From Octopus sinensis (Eukaryota), in assembly GCF_006345805.1 (NCBI RefSeq), contig NC_043007.1, positions 56,172,001 through 56,236,000 on the forward strand: DNA of 64,000 nt. Direction: 5' to 3'. Below are positions 24,923 through 38,049 of this stretch, in pieces. Position 1 is the first letter of the stretch. Each line of letters starts with the position of its first letter. The notes below the pieces were generated by a model, which saw only the letters and a program-made list of their open reading frames with translations, did not search any database and had not been told where the DNA came from. Position numbers and translations under genes: made by a program.

Positions 24923-27063
24923 ATTACAAGTAGTTCTATCTCGCTGTCTCTTTTGATATTTTTTTCTTATTACTCAGCTTATAAAAAGCCTGAAATTTAC
25001 ATTGTAGATAAGGTATTGGCATTCCTTCTTGAGTCCTGGGTCCTGAATCTGTCAATGTGCTCGTCACACTTCAGTGAAATCTTTTCACCAAATATATGAC
25101 TAAGAAAGAATATTAGAGCGGGCGAGAAAGTGTGAATGTGTGTGTGCTTGTGTGAGACAAAGAGAGAGAGGCGGGAGGGATGAGAAAGGGAGAGAAAGAG
25201 AGAAGGGAGCGACTCGTACCCATCTTACTGGAAATTGCTTAATTCATCTTGTATGTAGTCCGATTCGGATATTGTATTAGATATCAAGTATATATTCTAA
25301 AATTGGCTTCAGATTGGACAGAAGGACATTATCGCTTTCAGAAAGGCATTGGTGCTTTCGTGAAAGGAATTCACTTCAAAACTGACTCACCGATCAGTTC
25401 AACGAGGAAATTACTTCACACACACACACACAAGCACACACACACACACGCACAAAAGCACGCGCACACACACACACACGCACAAAAGCACGCGCACACA
25501 CACACACACAAAAGCACGCGCGCACACACACACAAAAGCATGCGCAAACGTATTCGTAAACATCTACTCACGCACACAGATGTATATTGCATATCTTTTA
25601 CTTTGCAATACGCACGCGCGAATACACACACGCGCACACACGCACGCACACACACGCACAATGCAGATCTCTTGTTTTACGTTCATGTCATAAACACGGT
25701 ATAACATACTGATATAAAAATTTTATGTGGTTAATACAACTAGAAATAATCCATACAATCTTATTTTACGATGTTGGGGAAATTACTGAAAGGTTATGCA
25801 GTGATATTACACAGATATTCTATGATTAACATCAAAATATGACCAAACTAGATCGATATCTCTCTGTGTGTAAGAGCTGTAAGACTAACATGATGCAATT
25901 TTATATTGATTTTAATATTCACACTGACAAGAATGATATTCTGCTGGGGAATTCATTTTTTTTTTTTTAACTAAAAAAGAAAGGGTCGATTCGATAATGA
26001 ATAAAACACATACAAAAAAACAAAAAAAAGCAAGCAAAGCAACAATAATTTGGAAGCATGGAGTAAGGTGTTACTTTTGAGTTTGTGATTTGGAATCTGA
26101 ATCAATGCTCTTTTTATGTGATACAGTTTGTATTATGCTCTGTTATTTCCTTACGGTTTATTTATGGTAATTTACGTTGCTATATTTATGAATTGATAGT
26201 ATTTATCCTAACTAGTTTGATTTGCACGAAGCAATTGTTTTAGTTTCAATGCATACTCTAAGATCAAATTACTTGTCAAACAAATGCAACAAAGAGACGG
26301 CATTTTCATGAGTCATTGTTTAAACAATCAAACATTGCTGGACTAATTCACCTCCTGTATTTATCGCTTCATTGTCTCGACTCTTGTCTTTCTATGTCTG
26401 CTTATAATACTAATGTTTGTTTTATTTCAGTTCCAAAGTAGAACTCCAACTCGAAACACTGAGTTTCAAATCTTAAATCACTGCTCGAGAACTTCGAGGA
26501 ACATTGCTCTATCACGACTGACTGGTTTCAGGTTCAGCCTCGCTACGCGGCTCCGTGAATAACTACAATAACTTCGGTACTACTAATGCCTGGTGAGAGA
26601 AATTGATTGAGGGAAACAGTAGAAGTCTGTCGTATCTATAAACACACATATTTAACTTGTATGTTAGTGAAAAGGAGATTCCAGCCTTGTCACACATGGT
26701 GTCACGCTGATTCTGCCCGATGATTATGTCAAGTATTTCACGCGTCTGTGAAATACTTAGACATATATTGATTCAGGAAGAGGAGATAATTCAGTGAACC
26801 TTATGTCAAACGAAGGAATCCAACGCCATCACCAACACTGCCACCTCCATGTCACATCCTTCTTGAATAAAATGGATTATCTGGAATTCTGGAATGCACA
26901 GTAGATCATTCTCTTATTGTGGCATATTATTCCAAATTCCAGCGTTTTAAGAAATTTGGTCATGTATGAATATAAATCGACGAATTTATATCAAATTTTG
27001 TCTTTAATATTATTAAAACCCGTTAACTACGTTACTACAGGTACTCCACGGTCATGTTCAGTG

Positions 27064-27237
27064 GTCACCAAATTATACAGAAAGAGGATACTGTTAAAAT
27101 GAGTAAAGAATGCGACAAGGAGTCAACATGGGAATTAAACTTTTTCCAAATATGTGAAAAGTTTAATTCCCATGTTGACTCCTTGTCGCATTCTTTACTC
27201 ATTTTAACAGTATCCTCTTTCTGTATAATTTGGTGAC
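27064..27237. repeat. Perfect inverted repeat: 81-bp arms, 12-nt spacer
   Basis: 27064-27144 is the exact reverse complement of 27157-27237 (checked base by base). Confidence 0.97.
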
Positions 27238-27259
27238 GATCACGCTAAATGTCTTTGAT

Positions 27260-27560
27260 CTAGTAGGTGTAAATTCATTTTATGCTGTCGTCTTCCAATG
27301 AAGTCAGTACAGCTTGTAACTCTATCGAGTCGAAAACTTTCTTGTAATCGATTATTTAAATGCTATAGTATACGCTTCAATCAGCTGACTGATGTTGTGT
27401 CGTATGTAGTCGCTGAAGGGGAAACCGTTTCTAAATCCTACCTGTTCCCATGGCTGCTTGTTATCTAGAGTCCTTTCGATTCTTTCGGTAAGTATGCATG
27501 TCAACAGCTTGTACAAATTTAACAATAATTTTATTGGCAATTGTCCTTGAAGTTTCATTT
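27260..27560 (-). pseudogene. RTE-clade LINE RT fragment
   Basis: PIKLLLNLYKLLTCILTERIERTLDNKQPWEQVGFRNGF and IDYKKVFDSIE. Confidence 0.75.
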
Positions 27561-28360
27561 GCTTCATTTTTTGAAGACTGTCGTTTCCTCTTCCCACTGT
27601 TCCCGTATTTTACCTTTGTTGACTCACACTGAGTATCATTTGGCAAGCTATCTCTTTGTAAGTTCATCTCTTTGTAAGTTCATCTCTCAACGACGGTGTC
27701 ATGATGTTGTCCTGGGGATTTACTTTTGTCGTGCTTTGAATCTTTATTTGCATCACAGTTGATAATATCAAGCGTGTGCTCGTGAATGTTTTACATCTCA
27801 AATGGTGTGTTCGACCACAGAAGTAGAAGACCATCTCTCTCTCTCTTTCTCTCTCTCTCTCCCTCTCTCTCACTAATAATTTTTTTGTAAAATTCCTCCA
27901 CTCACATCATAATTTTATTCTAATCACAAAGTCTCTGTCATCTTTGCCGTACAATCAAATAATTCTATCTATCTCTGCAATACCAAACTTCTGTTCTTTA
28001 TTGCCCTTCATGAGATATACACATTTTGTACCTTACTAGGGTTTTCACCAAGTTGATCCTAGTCTCATCACAGACGATTTTTCCAAGAAACAGAGACAAA
28101 CAGAAGAGAGAGAGAGAGGGAGAGAGAGAGGGAGAGAGAGAGAGAGAGATAGGAGAAAGAAGGGAAGAGACAGAGAAGTTGAAGACAGACAGACAAAAAG
28201 AATTTGCAGAATCATCGTCAGTGTAAGACTGTTACTTTATGGACCTCTACATAACATAATTTAAACCTACCTCGGCCATATATGTTAACAAAGAGCCGGA
28301 GCGAATACCACAGAATAATCTCTCTGACTATCTAAGAACTTTGCCAATTCGTCTCCTGAA

Positions 28361-28393
28361 ATACATACATACATACATACACACACACACTCA

Positions 28394-28440
<47 letters not shown>

Positions 28441-28463
28441 TACATACAACATACATACATACA

Positions 28464-28494
<31 letters not shown>

Positions 28495-28627
28495 CATACA
28501 TACATACATACATACATACATACATACATACATACATACATACATACATACATACATACATACAACATACATACATACAACATACATACATACATACATT
28601 ACATACATACATACATACATACATACA

Positions 28628-28658
<31 letters not shown>

Positions 28659-28741
28659 CATACATACATACATACATACATACATACATACATACATACA
28701 TACATACATACATACATACATACATTACATACATACATACA

Positions 28742-28772
<31 letters not shown>

Positions 28773-28850
28773 CATACATACATACATACATACATACATA
28801 CATACATACATACATACATACATACATACATACATACATACATACATACG
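28361..28850. repeat. Long (CA)n/(CATA)n microsatellite
   Basis: About 490 bp of near-pure repeats. Confidence 0.97.
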
Positions 28851-29304
28851 AACGTACATTATGCATGTATTTAATGTATAATGCATGTTTGCGTGTGTGT
28901 ACGTCTTTGGGATATATTTCAGGGATTTCCTTTGCATATTTCAAGCCGATTATTAACAAAGTGGCAACGCTCTTTTGTTCAAGTCAAGACAAGCTCTTGG
29001 AGTTAGTGGTTACCTACGTTCATTAATATATGTATATATGTGTATGCGTGTGGATAAATTTGTATACGAAAAGTGGATGTGCATGTTACGTCAGAACACA
29101 TGGGTGTATGCATCATTACTGTTTATGTATGCGTGTATTAGGTATTCCATATGCTCGTCCAACAAGTAGACAACCATCATTATATATGTGTGCGTGCGTG
29201 TGCGTGCGTATGTGTGGCGCGCGCGTGCTATACCTATAACCTGAAATTCTACGACTTTCTCTGACTTTTACTCATATCCTAATTCTTCAAATGCCGAAAC
29301 TTAA

Positions 29305-30320
29305 TATTGGGTTAAAATTTTGGCACAATGCCTGCAATTTTAGGGGAGGTATAAATCGATTACATCGACATTAGTATTCAACTGGTACTTATTCTATCAA
29401 CCCCGAGAAGATGAAGGGCAGAAGTCGACCTTGGCAGAATTTGAACTCAAAACGTAAAAGACGGATGAAATGCTGCAAATCATTTTGCCCGTCAGCAAAC
29501 GATTCTGCCAGTTCACTGCCTTAGATGACACTTAATATTGCAAAACAGTTAGTCTTCCAACTTAAGATCTATTTGGCAGAAATTCACTTTATTTTCCTTC
29601 TTGACTTTTCTCTGTAAGAGATATTGGATACAATCCTGTTACTTATTTATACTTATTTACTTCATCTTTCTTTTCGGGATTTCGAATTATACATCAATCA
29701 GATACTAAAAATTATTGAGTTCATTGTTTTACCATTTTTACACTTTTATGTAAATTGTTGCGAAAATATCGCTAAGATACGAGGTTTCAATTTGATGAAG
29801 GAAATGGATTGCGATTCTTGTATAACTGAAAGATAATTTATTCTCAGATTATGTCGGGCGAATTGCCATGCAGTAGTACTCCCGGGTGTTTATATGCTCC
29901 TGAGTCCAAATCCCGCCGAGATCAATTTTGACTTTCATACTCCCGGAGTCGATAAAATAAAGTACCACTCAAGGATTAGGGTCGTTTGCATCATCTAACC
30001 TCGTCTTCCGTTCAAAGGTTGCTGGTTTTGTGCCTAAATTAGAAGTTATTATTTTATAATTAAATATTGGAGATGGAGTGCTGCTCCTTACAAGAACTTT
30101 TAAAATAACAAGTTATGAGATTTGTTAAATTCTTAATTATAGTATTTTGTTTGAAGAAACCTCTGAGAGGAAATTGATTTATTACTCGATTACTACTTTA
30201 TTTTATTGACACTTGAGAGGTGAAAAACAAAATTGATCTCAGAGAAGTCTGAACTCAGAACGTAAAGAGGCATAACTAAATACCGCAAAGTATTTTTCGG
30301 ACGCTCTTCAACTCTGTCCC
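29305..30320. mobile_element. Cluster of SINE family B copies (29305-29522 -, about 29855-30050 +, about 30170-30320 -)
   Basis: Central-domain and B-box motifs on both strands. Confidence 0.7.
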
Positions 30321-30450
30321 CCTCATCATTGACTTTGCTGATATCCATAATATATCACACTAATTATATTTTTATTTCATGATCGATTGAAATTTAATGG
30401 GAATAAATTCCTTCAGTTATACATTTTCTCAACGTAACATACAACTTGTG

Positions 30451-30706
30451 CAGGCGCGTGGCCCAGGGGTTAGGCTGTTGCACTTACGATCGCTAGATCG
30501 TGAGTTCCATTCCCTAATTGGGCGACGGGTTGTGTTTAGTAAAACACTTCATTTCACGTTGCTCCAGTCCCCGCTTCGATCTGTAGAGAATGCTGGCCTG
30601 CTCGCCTAGCAAGCGGGGTTGAGTTATTTAAAGCTAAAACAATGCAAAACGCATTGTGACCAGCAATGTCTAACATTTGATAGTCTGGTCGGTCACGTGA
30701 TCACGT
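30451..30706 (+). mobile_element. Third tRNA-derived SINE family (C)
   Basis: Head ggcgcgtggcccaggggttagg..gtgagttccattccc, CORE-like aaaacacttcatttcacgttgctccagtcc, end ggtcggtcacgtgatcacgt. Confidence 0.6.
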
Positions 30707-32266
30707 AAATATACAACTTGTTTCAGTTCAAAACAAATAAATATTATCTTTAAGTGTTTTCATATTATCTTCAGGTGTTTCCATATTATCTTCAGTTGTT
30801 TTAACACCCAGTGCTCAATAGGGGTCGTCTCCAGAGCGCTGACCGCAGCGAAACGGCGAACAAGCGAAACATAATCAATTCAATATGTGCGGTCGATAAT
30901 GTTTACAACACTAGTGTTGCTTCTAATTTATAATTGGATTTGTTCTTAGGTATACATTATCGTGATAAACCAACAAATGATTATTACACTATTTTTATAT
31001 AGTTATTGACTGGCGATTCAGGTCATCCTATGTCCGATTTAGGTATATGATATTGATAAACCACAAACATGACAAAATATCGCTATCCATCGTTCCTGAA
31101 AGTGATTGGAGCCGAGTTGTCTCGCCTGTTTAAGAGGAAATCGTCCCTTTGTCACTATACCGCAGTGAACTGGTGAACAAGCAAACTACATACGTTGAAT
31201 AAGTGCGGTCGGTAATGTGCCTCATTTAAATCACAATCCAAAGATTATCTTACGTTAGTAGTTTTGTGCTAATATAAGAACATTTTATCGGCTGCTAAAT
31301 ACATACCATCACGTGAAAACCAAAATATACATTACGAAAATTAAAAAAAATTTTTTTTTTTCTTTTTAATAGCAGAAAGTATTAAAGAAAATTCACTTCG
31401 CGATTTTGAAAAGCTGCAATGTTTTACCACTATTTAAAAACAAACTATACAAAATACACAAGTTATAATGATAGTGACTAAGGAATTTCAAAGTACATTG
31501 CCAGAATGCTATGAATTTAGCTAGTAGACTAATGTACTCTAACGCATTCTAAAATACTTCCAAAGTGTGATTATTTAGCAAAGCGAACAAAAATTAATTA
31601 AATCACCCCGCATACTAATTCTGTTCAAGCTAAACTTTCTAAAACAGCAGAGTTATCCCACGTACGTTAAAAATAAAACTTTAAGAGTTCTCTCCCTTGA
31701 AACAGTCGTTTCACAGATGACAATAAAATACATTTTATATTAACAGTGGCAATGAAACTGGAATGATTAATTTACTGGAATTATTAAAATCTAACAAACA
31801 TTCTCTGTTTAACATTAACAATCTCTTATTTATGTGCTTAGATTAAAGAGAGTTTTATCGATACCGAATATTATTAAGATTTGGCTATGTGTAATATCTA
31901 AGTTGACTTCAGCAGTGTTCGAGCTTTTAAAAATAGCCTCGCTTATCTTTGTCAACATTCTGGCAAGATGAGGTGTTTTCCCTCAGTCTTATTGCTGGTA
32001 TTCTTAATTAGCGTCACTTTTTTTCCAGATTCGACGTAAGTTTTGCAAACTGTTAATATCTACATTTAGCATCATACGTAAGCGCGCGCGCACATATATA
32101 CACACACGCACACACAAACACACACACAGCAACATACACACACAGCCACACACACAGACACACAGACAGACAGACAGACACACACACACACACAAACCTA
32201 TGTATGCATGTACTTATGTATATATGTTTATTTGTAATATATATATTGCCAAGATAATTCATTATA

Positions 32267-32433
32267 GGCGCAGGAGTGGCTATGTAGCTTGCTTACCAAC
32301 CACATGGTTCCGGGTTCAATCCCACTGCGTGGCACCTTCGGCGAGTGTCTTCTACTATAGCCTCGGGCCTTGTGAGTGGATTTGGTAGAGGTAAATTGAA
32401 AGAAACCCGCCGTATATATATATATATATATAT

Positions 32434-32516
<83 letters not shown>

Positions 32517-32550
32517 CATATATATATATATGTCAGTGTGTGTGTGTGTG

Positions 32551-32583
<33 letters not shown>

Positions 32584-32695
32584 TGTTTGTTTGTCCCCCT
32601 ACCATCGCTTGACAACCGATGGTGGTGTGTTTACGTCCCTGTAACTTAGCGATTCGGCAAAACAGACCGATTGAATAAATACTAGACTTATGAAA

Positions 32696-32770
<75 letters not shown>

Positions 32771-33015
32771 TTTTATTCTTTTATTTGTTTCAGTCATTTG
32801 ACTGCAGCCAAACTGGAGCACCACCTTACAGGGTGTTTTAGTAGAAGAAAATCACCCCAGGACTTCTTTGTAAGCCTACTACTTATTCTATCGGTCCTCT
32901 TGCCGAACGGCTAAGTTACGGGGACGTAAACATACTGACTTCGTTTGTCAAGCGATGGTGGGAGACATACACAGACACAAATACATACATACATATGTAT
33001 ATATATATATATATA

Positions 33016-33061
<46 letters not shown>

Positions 33062-33429
33062 CACAGATATGTACTTGCATAACAAGTGACTTGATCTGAG
33101 GTCATGTGCTGAAACAAACACATGCAGTACGAGGTTTTGTGTGTTCTTAAATAGCTTGTAATGTCTTCCACGCTGCAATTGTTGATATTCTTTTATCGTT
33201 TTTATTCTTTTACTTGTTTCAGTCATTTGAATGAGGCCATACTGGAGCACCGCCTTTAGTCGAACAAATTGACCCCACGACTCATTCTTTGTTAGTTTAG
33301 TACGTATTCTATCGGTCTCTTTTGCTAAACCGCTACGTTATGGAGGCGTAAAAACGCCAACATCGGTTGTGAAGCGATGTTGGGGTGGGGACAAACACAA
33401 ACACATACATACATACATACATACATACA

Positions 33430-33514
<85 letters not shown>

Positions 33515-33765
33515 ACATACATAAAAAAAGAAACAAAAAATGGGACAAGAACGCAACAGGCGACAACAAAATATCCAGACAGTTAGATGATATAAAAAGG
33601 GACTCGACTGACTTCTTTCTATTTCTGTCTACCAAATCCACTCACAAGGCTTTGGTCGGTCCGAAGTTATAGTAGAAGACATTTGACAAAAGTGCTACAC
33701 AGTGGGACTCAACCCACCCAGAACGATGTAGTTGGTAAGGAAGCTCCTTACGACACAGCCACTCA
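32267..33765. mobile_element. Cluster of SINE family A copies (32267-32690 +, 32765-32985 -, 33190-33765 -)
   Basis: Heads, CORE-like blocks, internal TA/TG/CATA tracts and tails recognisable on both strands. Confidence 0.85.
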
Positions 33766-33786
33766 TATATATATATATATATATAT

Positions 33787-34197
33787 GGAACCTGCTGGCA
33801 TGGAGAAACAGGGGAAGGATGCAGGTTCGCTCATCCCAGGCCCTATGGAAATTGCATCAAACCCACTCGACCAAAATGCCTTAACCAAAACCAGAACAAA
33901 TACAAGCTGCCCCAGAAATATGCAGACATAGTGCGTAATGCCCCAACAAGGAGAAGGCGCACATTTGCAGAGGAAATGCAGACGGCGGCAGCAGAACAAA
34001 GAAATTTTGTGGAAATGGCAGAGAAAATTGTGGGACAACTGGCCTGGATACATCGTCTTCAGAGCCAGGGGCACTCACAACAGCACTCAAGACCACCACA
34101 ATCAAGGGACCCAGGGTGGCCACCGCTGACGCCGGCCCAGGTGCCACACCGTCAGCCTTTATTGACACCCCGGCTGTCTCACCAGTGCTTCTGCTGA
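33787..34197 (+). CDS. LINE ORF1, C-terminal part (CCCH-type zinc finger remnant)
   Basis: Open frame GTCWHGETGEGCRFAHP...RNFVEMAEK...HQCFC*, with no stop from the truncation point to 34197. Confidence 0.7.
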   Translation, partial: GTCWHGETGEGCRFAHPRPYGNCIKPTRPKCLNQNQNKYKLPQKYADIVRNAPTRRRRTFAEEMQTAAAEQRNFVEMAEKIVGQLAWIHRLQSQGHSQQHSRPPQSRDPGWPPLTPAQVPHRQPLLTPRLSHQCFC

Positions 34198-37138
34198 ATG
34201 TCAGAGGTCTGGTGAAACCCACTAATATGGGTAAAATTCCTTACCTTAGGGACTTGAGCACAAGCAACCATGCAATATGCATAGCGCTGACTGAAACGCA
34301 CCTGTCAAGCAGTATAGCAGATGCAGAAATACACATACCGAAGTATACTGTTTTTCGGTCGGACAGGAAGGAAAGAACTCATGGTGGGGTTGCCCTGTAC
34401 GTCCGTGAAGATGTCACACCCATAGTACTGTTGACACACTCAAACTCAGTCTGTGACACACTGATAGTACACATGAAACAACCGAAAATAGTAATATGTG
34501 TCACATATCGGCCACCAGACACCCCTAGTCATGAAGGAGTGTTTGAAGATAGCCTCAGAAGAATAGAAGAAGTCCTGGACAAACTGGACCAGGGTAACAC
34601 CATTCTACTGCTGGGAGATTTTAACCTTCCGAAAGTCAAATGGCCAGATGGCCATCTCCTCCCTGGAATGACATCACTTGAACAGAGACAGACAGAGTCC
34701 TTGTTGGCTCTCACACGCAAGTTTTTCATGGAGCAAGCAGTGCTTTGGCCAACAAGAGGTGAGAATGTCTTGGACCTCTGTTTCACAAGCAACCCGATGC
34801 TCATCCACAACATAATGGTAACACCAACAATTCTCTCAGACCACAACTTAGTAGAGGTAATGATATGTGGTATGAGAGAGTTAGTTGAGACGCAGCCATT
34901 AGAAAATACCACAGGCCTATCCAGTCTAAACTTCCATAAGGCAAACTGGAAGAAGATCAACGAAGAGATCCGAAAACATGACTGGAGTGACTTCATCACC
35001 ACACAAGACACCAACACACATTTCCAACATTTCATGACAACAATACAGAACATATGCCATAAGTTTGTCCCGGAGAAAAAAGCCAGCGGGCATAGGAACG
35101 TTATTCCCAGAGACAGGAAAATACTTATGAGGCGAAGAGCTAAGCTCTCGAAGCAACTGAATGCACGGCAGAGAAACAATGAGGGACTCCACCTGAAACT
35201 TTTTGAAACGGAAACTGCACTCAAACTTTCCTATGAGAAGGAGAGGGCAGAGAGAGAAGCCAGGGCCATAGAGAATATTAAAACAAACCCTAAAGCCTTC
35301 TTTAAATTTGCGAAAGAAACCACCTCGGTACACTGCAAGATTGGCCCACTCTTTGATAAAAAGGGCTCTCTAACTGAGGACCCCCAAGGGATAAGTGAAA
35401 TACTAAAGGAACAGTATAAAAGTGTGTTCACATCCCCTCTGGGGCACATGCAAATCACAAACCCAGAAGTTTTCTTTGATGCCACAACACTCCAAAACCA
35501 AACAACAACCATCGACCACATAGACATAACAGAGAGGGATGTAATATCTGCCATAGAAGAAATGAGAATAAACTCAGCTGCTGGACCAGATGGATTCCCA
35601 GCAGTCCTCCTAAAAACATGCAGGCATGCCCTAGCGGGACCACTGAAGAAGCTCTTCAGTGGTTCCTTGGCTAACGGTAAACTGCCCAGGGCGCTAAAAG
35701 AAGGCACCATATGCCCTATCCACAAAGGAGGGAGTAGAGCAGAGGCCAAAAACTACAGGCCAGTCTCCCTGACGTCACACATAAGTAAGGTCATGGAACG
35801 AATCATCAGAAAAAAACTGATCACGTTCCTCGAAGAAACTAACCGTCTCACTGACACACAGCATGGCTTTCGCCCAGGAAGAAGCTGCCTTACGCAGCTG
35901 TTACAACACTACGACTGGGTACTGAAACAACTACTGGATCGCTCACAGGTAGATGTGGTATATCTCGACTTTGCGAAGGCCTTTGACAAAGTCGACCACG
36001 GAGTGATATGTCACAAATTACTCAGACTCGGCATAACAGGAAAAGTAGGTGAGTGGATACATGACTTCCTGAAGGACAGAAGCCAGATGGTTGCAGCCAA
36101 TGGAGCCCTCTCGGAAAGACACCAATAGCAAGCGGGGTGCCACAGGGCACAGTCTTGGGACCCTTGCTGTTTTTGGTGGCGCTCTCTGACATGCCCTTGG
36201 TAGCACAAACAACATCCCTCACTAGCTATGCTGATGACACAAAGGTAGCACAGGCAATCAAAAACCCAGCTGATGCTGACCTTTTACAACAAGATCTGGA
36301 TGCCATATACAAATGGGCTGAAGACAACAACATGCAATTTAATGCTGGTAAATTTCAAGCCTTACAATATCAAGCTGTAAACACATATACATTACAACAC
36401 AACTATACTGGTCCAGGAGGGATCGAAATCCCAGTATCGAAATCAATACGGGACCTGGGGATAGACATGAGTGACGATGCATCTTTTTCTTCACACATCG
36501 CGAAGGTGGCGACAATGTGCAGACGACTCACTGGCTGGATCCTGAGGACATTCCGGACAAGAGACTGCGAGACCATGTTGACACTATGGAGGACATTTGT
36601 CCTAAGCCGCCTGGACTACTGCTCCCAACTGTGGTCACCGCATAGTGTCAAACTAACCACAGAGCTTGAGACAATCCAAAGACATTTCACCAAGAGGATT
36701 TCCACCATGAAAGAAAAGAACTATTGGGAGAGGCTTAGGGAACTCAATTTGTACTCCTTGGAACGAAGACGAGAGAGATATGCAGTGATATACATATGGA
36801 AAATCCTGGAGGGACTAGCACCAAATTTTGGAATTGAGAGCTGTTCCAATCCCCGTACAGGACGTCACTGTGTGGTGCCAAAGGTCCCGTCTTCCACATC
36901 CAGGGTAAGGAGCAGATACTGTAATAGCCTGGGGTTCAGGGGCCCTCAGCTGTTCAACAAACTGCCAAGAAAACTAAGAGATCTACATGATGCGGATGTG
37001 GACATTTTCAAAAAACATCTAGACAAGCTGCTTTCCGGGATCCCAGATGAACCCACTGCAAGGTACGAAGGTAACCTAAGGGCAGCAGCTACAAACTATC
37101 TCTTAGATCAGTGGCCAGCCACGGCAAACTGGACTTAG
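33939..37138 (+). pseudogene. LINE ORF2 (APE endonuclease + reverse transcriptase), one frameshift at about 36125
   Basis: EN: LLNVRGL, LTETHL, GGVALYV, YRPP, GDFNLP, LDLCF, SDHNLV. RT: AGPDG, NYRPVSLTS, QHGFRPGRSC, YLDFAKAFDKVDH, then after the shift SGVPQGTVLGPLLF, YADD, RRRERYAVIY. Confidence 0.92.
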
Positions 37139-37653
37139 AGAGGGTAGCAACAAGGGCGGTGCCCCAGCATGGCCTCAGCCGGATGGCTGAAACAAGTAAA
37201 AGAGTAAAAGAGATATATATGTGTGTGTGTGGTGTGTGTACATATATATATGCATATACACATGCATGCATATATAAATATACATATATATGTGTTTGAG
37301 TCCACGTATGTATGTGTTTATGCATGTCTGTCTGTATGTATGCAATTTAACGTCCACTTCTTTCCCCGTCGCATGCGTTAGATGGAATTTGTTGAGGCAG
37401 ATTTTTTACAGCCCGGTAACTTTCCTGTCGCCAATCATTACTTGCTTCTAAATAAAGTAGTTTTTCGTGATGACACACTGATGTCAAGAAAGCAGACACA
37501 AACATACACACAACACACATATTCACACAGATGCACACACACTTTCTGATTCCGTCTTGCAAATTCTGCCATAAGAATTTGGTTGCTCCGGGGTTTGAAT
37601 TAAAATTACTTGCCCAAAATGCCATACAATCAGGTTGAACCCGAAGCAAAGTA

Positions 37654-37985
37654 AAAGTTAACTATGATAAACGTTTTAGATCGTGGTGGTTGCCCTCAGG
37701 AATAAGCCAGACGGTTTATGTGATTTTGTGTATGTTATTTTTGTTATATTCATTCATTTTATAGTGTTCTGTATCTGCAATATTTTGTGTTGTGGAATGT
37801 GAGAAAATTCTAACGGTTCTTGTGGTTAAGAGTAAATCCTTATTTAATTTTAGGTGTATTTGTCTTAATCTTCTTGCATAAGATACGTTGAACCAAGTTA
37901 AATTCCATTTTCTCTTTTTAATATTTCTATTTTGGCCATGTGCAGAAGTATTTCTTGTTGGAAAAATATCGTAGTTAACTCTTTT
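37654..37985 (-). mobile_element. Probable Penelope-like remnant bounded by a short inverted repeat
   Basis: Minus strand KRKWNLTWFN resembles the PLE linker RxIxWFNPP. Ends aaaagttaactatgata / tatcgtagttaactctttt. Confidence 0.4.
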
Positions 37986-38049
37986 TGAAGACGTGCTTCG
38001 AAATATTCAGTTTTAGATATGTCAAAATGGATTATGTTATTTCTTACCT

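Larger units (their letters stand above)
33787..37212 (+). mobile_element. Young 5'-truncated CR1-group (CR1/L2/Crack/Daphne-like) LINE inserted in (TA)n
   Basis: ORF1 end, APE+RT ORF2, short 3' UTR with stem-loop and (GTAAAAGA)2 tail. Flanked by (AT)n at 33765-33786 and from 37213. Confidence 0.92.

Noticed and set aside
26400-26560. Branch point plus acceptor (tactaat..tttcag) suggesting a coding exon
   Set aside because: The frame runs into a degenerate SINE and stops; no good donor and no recognisable protein.
28285-28959. 224-aa and 177-aa ORFs and the many [16 protein letters not shown] ORFs across the window
   Set aside because: Stop-free frames of simple repeats.
34529-35749. Long antisense ORFs (231, 135, 172 aa) inside the LINE
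   Set aside because: Shadows of the sense ORF2 codon structure, with no independent motifs.
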